Shown here: in pieces, positions 25,440-31,828 of the stretch | How the letters are laid out: every line of letters begins with the position of its first letter | How positions within the stretch are numbered: position 1 is the stretch's first letter | NCBI GenBank assembly: GCA_965234555.1 | Contig: OZ248347.1 | Location: forward strand, 1,523,270 to 1,555,269 | Length of the DNA: 32,000 nt | Reading direction: 5' to 3' | Source of the DNA: Burkholderiaceae bacterium | Lineage (GTDB): Bacteria > Pseudomonadota > Gammaproteobacteria > Burkholderiales > Burkholderiaceae | Translations under genes and position numbers: made by a program | Notes under the pieces: generated by a model | What the model was told of the DNA's origin: nothing | Seen by the model: the letters and a program-made list of their open reading frames with translations, nothing else | The model's database searches: none

Positions 25440-25717
25440 TTGAGTTTTTCCATCACTGTGATATCAAGCGTTCCATCAACAACCTTAATCTGGAATCGAA
25501 CCCTGTCTCCAGGTCGATATTGATCCAATGGAATCTCCTTAACCACCCCAAAAGGCATGGTCATCGGGGCCATCTTGATACTGGGTATGTACTCATGCTT
25601 GAGCACAATACGGCTACGTGATTGATCAACACGCACTACTTCGCCATTAACCCATTCGGGGCTGGCATAGACATAGACCGAAAATAGACTGAGGAATACA
25701 ACAATCAATCGCTTCAT
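25436..25717 (-). CDS. CusF-like periplasmic metal-binding protein (copy 2)
   Basis: 93 aa; MAPMTMPF motif. Confidence 0.8.
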   Translation of the reverse strand: MKRLIVVFLSLFSVYVYASPEWVNGEVVRVDQSRSRIVLKHEYIPSIKMAPMTMPFGVVKEIPLDQYRPGDRVRFQIKVVDGTLDITVMEKLK

Positions 25718-25772
25718 TTAACTCTCCAAAAAAGATCAAACCCAAAATTTGGGCGGACTTATCCTAGGGGAG

Positions 25773-26138
25773 TTAAAGAATGGGTGGCTTATTAGCGACC
25801 GAGAGGTCGATACCCGTTAGTGTTTTGAGGGAGGTAGAAAAAGTTTGTGTAAATCGATCTGTTATTAGCGCAGGAACAGAATTTGGTAATAAACCAAAGG
25901 CCATGCATAAAGTACATGAGTAGCATCGATCCCCATTCACTTCAATGGCTTGGTGACTATCCATGGAATGTTGAGCTGCATCACCATTTTGGTGACAAGG
26001 ATGGGCTGCTACCGACTCCTGCATCTGGCTCACGGGGGTGACAAGCATTTTTTGCATGCCCATATCCAACACCGCCCAAGCTTGGACAGGTATTAGAGCA
26101 ATCAAGGAAACAAGCAATAATCTTTTAAACATAGACAT
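25773..26138 (-). CDS. small secreted Cys/His-rich protein (copy 2, most diverged member)
   Basis: 121 aa; HPCHQ and CYSCTLC conserved, central region differs from copy 1. Confidence 0.55.
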   Translation of the reverse strand: MSMFKRLLLVSLIALIPVQAWAVLDMGMQKMLVTPVSQMQESVAAHPCHQNGDAAQHSMDSHQAIEVNGDRCYSCTLCMAFGLLPNSVPALITDRFTQTFSTSLKTLTGIDLSVANKPPIL

Positions 26139-26215
26139 AGCTTAGCACCATCAGAATAAGTCTGCAGAGTAGCTTTGTCAGCTAAAAATCCCCAATTTGC
26201 TGCAGTCCACAATTT

Positions 26216-26249
26216 GGTGAAATAGCTCAGCTGGTTAGAGCGATGGAAT
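26216..26249 (+). pseudogene. diverged tRNA-Met-like 5' fragment (GGTGAAATAGCTCAGCTGGTTAGAGCGATGGAAT)
   Basis: 3 substitutions relative to 27011-27044 (2 in the acceptor stem, 1 in the anticodon stem); same upstream context as fragment 7086. Confidence 0.8.
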
Positions 26250-26855
26250 GGACAATCGAAAACTCAAATTAGCATCTACTGCTGGGAATTCGTCTGCCAA
26301 AATACTGTAAACACAAGTATCTCGAATACTAGCTTTGGCATCTGGGTGACGATTAATTTGATGACTTCGTAATACGCCATCTAATTTCGCCCCCAATCTC
26401 TCAATACCTCGACGACTTTGATGATTAAAGAAATGAGTACGAAATTCCACTGCAATACAATCAAATTTTGTGAATGCGTGACGTAACAATAGCAATTTAC
26501 ATTCCGTATTAATTGCTGTTCGCTGAGCCGACTGTCGATACCAAGTAGACCCTATCTCGAGTCTGCGATTATCCTGATCAATATTCATGTAAGTTGTCAT
26601 TCCAATGGGGCTCCCTTTGGCATCCAAAACACAAAATGGATTCATAGAGCCCAACTGCTGTAAGCCCAAACGCCTATCAATCTCCTTTGCCATTGCCTCA
26701 GGCGAAGGAATGCTTGTGTACCAAAGTTTCCAAAGTTCACCATCTCTAACAGCTTCACATAAACCATCATGATGCGCCATTGTTAATGGCACTAATGTGG
26801 CATGCTTACCTTGTAGGGTTACTGATTCCGAGAATTTCATAGCGGGATATGTCAA
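26235..26855 (-). CDS. GNAT-family N-acetyltransferase (RimJ/RimL-like), 206 aa
   Basis: Length and layout (..LRHAF......IAVEFRTHFFNHQSRRGIERLGAKLDGVLR..) are typical of the GNAT fold. The last ~5 codons are encoded by the tRNA remnant. Confidence 0.75.
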   Translation of the reverse strand: MTYPAMKFSESVTLQGKHATLVPLTMAHHDGLCEAVRDGELWKLWYTSIPSPEAMAKEIDRRLGLQQLGSMNPFCVLDAKGSPIGMTTYMNIDQDNRRLEIGSTWYRQSAQRTAINTECKLLLLRHAFTKFDCIAVEFRTHFFNHQSRRGIERLGAKLDGVLRSHQINRHPDAKASIRDTCVYSILADEFPAVDANLSFRLSIPSL

Positions 26856-26894
26856 TGGCTGTGAATCTTCATTCTGCCATACGGATGGAGAACT

Positions 26895-26909
26895 TTGGGT
26901 AACCGAAAA
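26895..26909 (-). promoter_or_regulatory. shared upstream motif (TTTTCGGTTACCCAA on the minus strand), 39 nt before the GNAT start
   Basis: See 10373-10387; PAL-12 follows 1 nt away. Confidence 0.45.
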
Positions 26910-26910
26910 C

Positions 26911-26927
26911 TGTCGTTTTAAACGTCA
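26911..26927. repeat. PAL-12: TGTCGTTTTAAACGTCA (1 mismatch)
   Basis: Read directly; 83 nt upstream of the intact tRNA. Confidence 0.85.
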
Positions 26928-26957
26928 CACCCACAACCTCACGGATCGGATATTCCC
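26928..26957 (+). repeat. R-box copy (CACCCACAACCTCACGGATCGGATATTCCC)
   Basis: Homologous to 21653-21684 and 23936-23966. Confidence 0.8.
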
Positions 26958-26995
26958 GTGGTTGAGCTTGGCTGGCTCTTGAGCCCTTTTGACCT

Positions 26996-27001
26996 TATAA
27001 T
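26996..27001 (+). promoter_or_regulatory. consensus -10 hexamer TATAAT, 9 nt before the tRNA 5' end (island-borne promoter candidate)
   Basis: Read directly; duplicated at 24005-24010; no convincing -35 (TGGCTC at 17-nt spacing). Confidence 0.35.
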
Positions 27002-27010
27002 ACCTAGTTC

Positions 27011-27087
27011 GGCGAATTAGCTCAGCTGGTTAGAGCGACGGAATCATAATCCGCAGGTCCGGGGTTCAAATCCCTGATTCGCCACCA
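27011..27087 (+). tRNA. tRNA-Met (anticodon CAT); could instead be tRNA-Ile2 if C34 is lysidinylated
   Basis: Hand-folded cloverleaf: acceptor GGCGAAT/ATTCGCC, D arm GCTC..GAGC, anticodon arm ACGGA-ATCATAA-TCCGC, V loop AGGTC, T arm CGGGG-TTCAAAT-CCCTG, encoded CCA; 77 nt. Confidence 0.9.
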
Positions 27088-27096
27088 AATTTTCCT

Positions 27097-27127
27097 GCCC
27101 TCAGCCTTGTCTGGGGGCTTTGTTTTT
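27097..27127 (+). terminator. Rho-independent terminator after the tRNA (GCCCTCAG-CCTTGT-CTGGGGGC + T-rich tail)
   Basis: Read directly; 8-bp stem with one G-U pair. Confidence 0.7.
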
Positions 27128-27153
27128 GTGTCAATTGTTGGTAAGGTATCTCA

Positions 27154-27300
27154 ATGATTACTAGAAAATGGTGGATGATCTTTGGGTTCATTGCCCTGGC
27201 GATGGGGTTTTATATGTATATCCGGGATCGTGATCTGATTGGTATTGTGATTGCTATCTTAATTTTGCTGGGCGCGTTCTCGGCAAAACAAAAGAACTAA
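27154..27300 (+). CDS. possible small membrane protein (48 aa)
   Basis: Translated by hand; two hydrophobic helices; below the ORF-track cut-off. Confidence 0.3.
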   Translation: MITRKWWMIFGFIALAMGFYMYIRDRDLIGIVIAILILLGAFSAKQKN

Positions 27301-27404
27301 GTTTTCTATGGATCCCAAGACTCAAAAAGAGCGTGATGAGGCGGTTAAACGTAAATACATTTACAAGCCTGTCTTTATTATTTTTGGCATCCTCAATATT
27401 TTGA

Positions 27405-28664
27405 TCATTGCTCTTTTTGTGATTTCTCTTTAGCGGACTCCTTGAGTTCCCCTGGGCTTGGATTTAAGTTATAGGGCTTTGCTATTTTCCAGACATGTTC
27501 TGGGATCATGTTCTTCATCTTTTTGGGTAACTCTCGTCTGAGGTGAAGAACCGTTTCAATTGCTTTCATCTCAACGCGAGCCCTGGCGAACTCCAACCCT
27601 TTTGGCCCAATCTTGGGCATTAACCAACCCACAATCGGTCTTAGCCAATTGGGCATTTGTCGCAAAGGCAAACCACCAGCCGCTAATTCAACATTCTTCA
27701 TAAATCCTTTTACAGGACCCACTCGATTACCACCACTCTCTGGATTGCTGAGCTTTACTGCATCCCCCAGAAGAGCAAGTAGATCCTCGCCCTGTTGATT
27801 GCGCACGATTAACCACTGCTCCCCCGTTCCCCCCATATAGCCAACGGTGATGTCAGAGAGTGCATTGGTGTAGTCCACACAGGTTCTGCACGTAAGAGGG
27901 AAAAAGTCTGGTCTGAGTTTAGATAGTGGCAGCATCAAGAATGGAATTGTTCGCTTCTCTCCATTGGTATATCGGATCTCCACATGATAGTCAGCCCTGA
28001 ACTCCAAATACGTAATTGCATCAGGCTTGGTGTCGATGAGCTTGAGGAACTCATGGAAGTTCTCGGTAGAAGTGTTGTCGGAGCAAGGTGTACCAATCAC
28101 ATAGAGTTTTTCTAGTTCAAGCTCTTTTTCTAAAGCGCGCAGTGCATACACTTGGCAAGGAATGCCGATTACCCCAAGCCGTTTGTAGCCTTTCTCTTTA
28201 GCAACATCGAGTAATGCCAGAAGTGGCGCATAGCCCATACGCATACCGCGTGCTTGCTCCATATCTTTAGAGTCTGTGATTAAAACTGGTATGGGCCGCC
28301 ATGAATCACTTGGGTCTGGTGCCATGGTTAAGACTGCATCTACTAAGTGATTTTGAAGAAGTCGTTCAGCAATCGTGGTGGTAATACCCGTCCACTGCGC
28401 ACCCTCTTTAGGAGCACGCATACTAGCTCGGTACATCTTGCGATATACCCCAAAGAAAAGTTGATCGCTATTTTCAAGTGAACGCGTTTGCCCATGGATC
28501 TCGCTCTCAAGAGACTCATACTGGGGATCAATAAACTGACAGGCTCGGCCGCAGCGCTTGGGGTCCGATGAGCGAGAGATACCGCAATCAGTACAAAGCT
28601 CGCGCTCGGGCGGAGAGCCCGAGTACGCAAGCGAATAAATTGATGCTACTTTTTTACCATCCAA
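27405..28664 (-). CDS. coenzyme F420 hydrogenase/dehydrogenase beta subunit (FrhB)-family protein, 419 aa
   Basis: N-terminal Cys cluster (CTDCG...CGRACQF) and overall FrhB-like layout; recognition from memory. Confidence 0.65.
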   Translation of the reverse strand: MDGKKVASIYSLAYSGSPPERELCTDCGISRSSDPKRCGRACQFIDPQYESLESEIHGQTRSLENSDQLFFGVYRKMYRASMRAPKEGAQWTGITTTIAERLLQNHLVDAVLTMAPDPSDSWRPIPVLITDSKDMEQARGMRMGYAPLLALLDVAKEKGYKRLGVIGIPCQVYALRALEKELELEKLYVIGTPCSDNTSTENFHEFLKLIDTKPDAITYLEFRADYHVEIRYTNGEKRTIPFLMLPLSKLRPDFFPLTCRTCVDYTNALSDITVGYMGGTGEQWLIVRNQQGEDLLALLGDAVKLSNPESGGNRVGPVKGFMKNVELAAGGLPLRQMPNWLRPIVGWLMPKIGPKGLEFARARVEMKAIETVLHLRRELPKKMKNMIPEHVWKIAKPYNLNPSPGELKESAKEKSQKEQ

Positions 28665-29979
28665 TTAATTTAGGCAGCCATAGCGAAATTTGCGGGAACT
28701 GGAACACTAAGTATAGCGTTACACCCTGCATCGCAATGAATGGAATGGCTCCCTTGTAAAGATGCTTAATCAGAACCTCGGGTGGAGCAACTCCCTTCAA
28801 GTAGAAAAGTGCCCAACCAAAAGGTGGTGTCAAGAACGAGGATTGCAAGCAAACCGTGATCATCATCGCCACCCAAACTGGATCTGCTCCCTGGGATAAC
28901 AAAATAGGCATGAAGAGAGGTACGGCAATATAGCTAATCTCAATCCATTCCAAAAAGAATCCCAAAACAAAGATCAATAAGAGCATCAGCCAAATATCGC
29001 TATTAAGACCTCCTGGTACTACGTTAAATAGCTTGGCAATTAACTCTTCGCCGTTCAGTCCTCGAAAAGCTAAGGAAAACACTTGAGCGCAAATCAAGAT
29101 GAACATCATCAGCGCGCTGATTTTGGTAGTGTCAATCATCACCGCCTTTAAGCGATCCCATGTAAATCGTCCTGAAAATACGGTGACTAAAATTGATCCG
29201 AATGATCCCATCGCTGCCGCTTCAGTTGGAGCAGCAACACCACCCACAATCGAGCCTAATACGGCAACAACTAACAAAATGGGTGGGAACACAACCTTCC
29301 AAAAACGAACCCATAACTCTTTACCCGAAACCCGACTGCGCTCCTCAAGGGGAATGGGCGGCATCATCTCTGGCTTTAACCATCCTTGGATGAGCAAGTA
29401 GATGATATAGACGAGTGTGAGAAGTAAACCAGGCATCACTGCAGCGGCAAACAAGGTGCCCACAGACAATTGCAAGATATCGGAGAGCAAAATCAAAATG
29501 AGGCTGGGTGGGATGATTTGTCCCAAAGTTCCGGATGCCATGATGGTTCCACAGGCAATCCCTTTGTCATAACCTCGACGCAGCAAAGTGGGTAAGGTAA
29601 GAAGACCTAAGGTAATAATGGTAGCGCCAACAATGCCGGTGGTAGCGCCCATCAAGGCACCAAACAAAATAATACCTACAGCCATACCGCCTTTAACACC
29701 GCCTGATAAATGTCCGATGACGTCCAAGAGATCATCGGCCAGTCCAGATTTTTCCAGCATGATCCCCATAAAGATAAAAAGCGGGATAGCTAACCACTGA
29801 TAGCCTGCAGCAACGCCGAAAATTCGGGCGGGTAATAAATTAAATAAGGTATCGCCAAAGCCAATAAAACCAAAAACAAAACCAACCGTTGCCAAAGAGA
29901 TTGCCACGGGGACGCCGATCATGAGCATGGCAAAAAAGCCGCCCAACATTAAAAAGGCGATGATTTCTGGATTAAACAT
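28654..29979 (-). CDS. TRAP transporter large permease subunit (DctM family)
   Basis: 441 aa polytopic membrane protein; overlaps the small-subunit gene upstream in the typical QM arrangement. Confidence 0.9.
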   Translation of the reverse strand: MFNPEIIAFLMLGGFFAMLMIGVPVAISLATVGFVFGFIGFGDTLFNLLPARIFGVAAGYQWLAIPLFIFMGIMLEKSGLADDLLDVIGHLSGGVKGGMAVGIILFGALMGATTGIVGATIITLGLLTLPTLLRRGYDKGIACGTIMASGTLGQIIPPSLILILLSDILQLSVGTLFAAAVMPGLLLTLVYIIYLLIQGWLKPEMMPPIPLEERSRVSGKELWVRFWKVVFPPILLVVAVLGSIVGGVAAPTEAAAMGSFGSILVTVFSGRFTWDRLKAVMIDTTKISALMMFILICAQVFSLAFRGLNGEELIAKLFNVVPGGLNSDIWLMLLLIFVLGFFLEWIEISYIAVPLFMPILLSQGADPVWVAMMITVCLQSSFLTPPFGWALFYLKGVAPPEVLIKHLYKGAIPFIAMQGVTLYLVFQFPQISLWLPKLIGW

Positions 29980-30496
29980 GCTGTTTACCTCCTGCAGCTG
30001 GACGGTTCATGATGACCCGCAACATTTCAGCAAAACCTTGCAAGGCGAGGAGTGAGAAGCCGATTGGTATTAAAGACTTGACTAACCAGCGCATTGGAAT
30101 ACCGCCAGGATCGGGAGACTTTTCTCCGATGGAGAAGGACTGCCCAACATAGTTGATCGAGAGCTTGACAAAAAAGACCGCAATAATAATGGTCAAAATT
30201 GCTGAGACTAAATCGACGATGTATTTTTTCTGGGGCGTGTAGTTTGCATAAAACAAGTCAACGCGCACATTATCACCGCGCAACAATGAGAAACTAATCC
30301 CAAATAAGATCATGGCAGCTAATAGATGCCACTCAAGTTCCTGGGCCCAAACAGAGCCTAAGCTCATGCTGTAGCGCAAAATCACATTGACAACGATTAA
30401 AAGAACGATTGACAAGGTAAGCCAAGAGGCCACCTTGCCAAACAGGTCAATTACGCTTTCAATGCGTTCAGCAATTACTAAAGATGCTTTCTGCAT
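29972..30496 (-). CDS. TRAP transporter small permease subunit (DctQ family)
   Basis: 174 aa with 4 TM segments, positioned between the P and M genes. Confidence 0.85.
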   Translation of the reverse strand: MQKASLVIAERIESVIDLFGKVASWLTLSIVLLIVVNVILRYSMSLGSVWAQELEWHLLAAMILFGISFSLLRGDNVRVDLFYANYTPQKKYIVDLVSAILTIIIAVFFVKLSINYVGQSFSIGEKSPDPGGIPMRWLVKSLIPIGFSLLALQGFAEMLRVIMNRPAAGGKQHV

Positions 30497-30516
30497 TTAA
30501 AACCTTTACGTATTAA

Positions 30517-31617
30517 TTAACCACGAACTTTATTGTGATAAGTTGCCTCACTATAAACAGCCCATGCATCGTATTTTTTCTTGTAAGCAAAATACGAGTC
30601 ATACACTTTTTTCGTCATCGGATCTTTTGCAGCTTCCTCACTCAGAATCTTCATGGTTTCATCACGCATAGCCTTAACGACAGAGTCTGGTAACTGTAAG
30701 GCTTGAACACCCTGCTTCTTCACCAGATCTTCCATCGCATCGGCATTGTTTTTCTGACACCAAGCCTCGCCAATTACATTACAAGCGGCTGATGCATTGC
30801 TAACGATTTCTTGTAAATCCTTAGGCAACTTCATCCATGCTGCTTTGTTAATCAGCAACTCAGAAACTGTTGCGGGCTCATGCCAACCAGTGGTGTAGTA
30901 AAACTTCGCTGCCTTTTGTAAGCCGAGACGACGATCTTGGAATGGGCCAACAAACTCTGCAGCATCAATCACACCGCGCTCTAGGGCTGGGAAAATTTCG
31001 CCGGCTGGCAAAACCTTCACGTCAACGCCAAGCTTTGCGTATACCTTACCGGCTAAACCAGGGATGCGCATCTTTAGACCTTTAAGATCGGCAACGGAAT
31101 TAATTTTTTTCTTGAACCAACCCGTCATTTGTACACCGGTGTTACCGCATGGCATAGCAACCATACCGAATGGTGCATAAACCTCATTCCAAAGATCCAT
31201 ACCGCCACCGTCATACAACCAACCATTCATGCCCTGAAAATTGAGTCCAAATGGAACTGCAGTGAAGTACTGAGCAGCAGCTGTTTTGCCCGTCCAAAAA
31301 TATGCATTCGCATGATTCATTTCAACGGTTCCAGCACGTACCGCATCAAAACCTTCAAAGGCTGGAATAAGTTCACCGGCACCAAAGACTTGAATCTTCA
31401 AACGTCCGCCAGACATTTCCAAAATTCGTTTGGCTAAATCAGTAGCGCTACCTGGGCCGTCCATATAAAAAGGTGCGCCTTTAGGATATGCACTGGTCAT
31501 TTTCCAGTTAAAGGTTTGAGCCGATTGTGCCTTTACAATTGCTGGTGCGGCAAGTGCAGCACCAGCAACACCGGCACCTAAACTGGTACTTAAAAATTTA
31601 CGACGACTAGAACTCAT
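30517..31617 (-). CDS. TRAP transporter substrate-binding protein (DctP family) with a Tat-type signal
   Basis: 366 aa; SRRKFL twin-arginine signal peptide; first gene of the P-Q-M operon. Confidence 0.88.
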   Translation of the reverse strand: MSSSRRKFLSTSLGAGVAGAALAAPAIVKAQSAQTFNWKMTSAYPKGAPFYMDGPGSATDLAKRILEMSGGRLKIQVFGAGELIPAFEGFDAVRAGTVEMNHANAYFWTGKTAAAQYFTAVPFGLNFQGMNGWLYDGGGMDLWNEVYAPFGMVAMPCGNTGVQMTGWFKKKINSVADLKGLKMRIPGLAGKVYAKLGVDVKVLPAGEIFPALERGVIDAAEFVGPFQDRRLGLQKAAKFYYTTGWHEPATVSELLINKAAWMKLPKDLQEIVSNASAACNVIGEAWCQKNNADAMEDLVKKQGVQALQLPDSVVKAMRDETMKILSEEAAKDPMTKKVYDSYFAYKKKYDAWAVYSEATYHNKVRG

Positions 31618-31828
31618 TTGTATCCTCCGGGGTTAAAGACATCTCAGTTAATAATTAGTTAAGAAATAAATCACTCAATCCTAAAAACACAAGAATCTAT
31701 GGATCGATTTCACAAATCAATTTACAGAGGAAATTTGGAGCTCTCGTTGACATATTCCTCATATCAGTGCACACATTCTTCAATTTGGGGAACATCTTCC
31801 CCAATCTAGTTCAAAGGAAAATATTGCT

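Larger units (their letters stand above)
24057..26249. repeat. island-borne diverged copy of the metal cluster plus a tRNA 5' half
   Basis: Collinear with 4930-7124. Confidence 0.9.
7125..27010. mobile_element. composite genomic island at tRNA-Met, about 19.9 kb, built from several accreted modules
   Basis: Bounded by the tRNA 5'-half repeat (7086-7124) and the intact tRNA. Contains two tyrosine recombinases, an R-M system, visibly AT-richer blocks, internal att-like repeats and 12 PAL sites. Confidence 0.85.

Noticed and set aside
7327-26927. The PAL copies as a CRISPR array
   Set aside because: The repeat is only 17 bp. Spacing is irregular (0.2-5 kb) and filled with genes, and no cas genes are present.
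7327-26927. The PAL copies as Rho-independent terminators
   Set aside because: The stem is short and AT-rich (effectively 5-7 bp) with no downstream T tract. Some copies lie inside CDSs or upstream of genes. Real terminators, such as 14425-14450, sit beside PAL as separate hairpins.
20772-27010. A classical integron
   Set aside because: There is no IntI-type integrase, no attI/Pc arrangement and no GTTRRRY core in the junctions, and cassette orientations are mixed. Only the logic resembles an integron (cassettes separated by imperfect long inverted repeats).
7125-27010. A prophage or a self-transmissible ICE
   Set aside because: No capsid, tail, terminase or lysis genes are present, and no relaxase, coupling protein or type IV secretion genes are seen. 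The element looks like a non-conjugative, possibly mobilisable, mosaic island.
1133-31437. Many track ORFs overlap or lie antisense to longer, well-supported genes. Examples: 1133..1333, 1639..1935, 2201..2434, 5010..5282, 6229..6540, 6293..6598, 8759..9010, 11533..11739, 11762..11974, 11958..12203, 12363..12563, 12671..12880, 13258..13461, 17089..17349, 19259..19486, 21092..21364, 21860..22087, 24223..24420, 24911..25144, 26797..26982, 27613..27798, 28343..28630, 28568..28759, 29099..29401, 29193..29393, 29588..29800, 30870..31085, 31129..31437.
   Set aside because: These are shadow ORFs. They lie on the opposite strand or in an alternative frame of CDSs with clear family motifs, they lack an RBS, and their composition is odd (Arg/Ser/Cys/Pro-rich).
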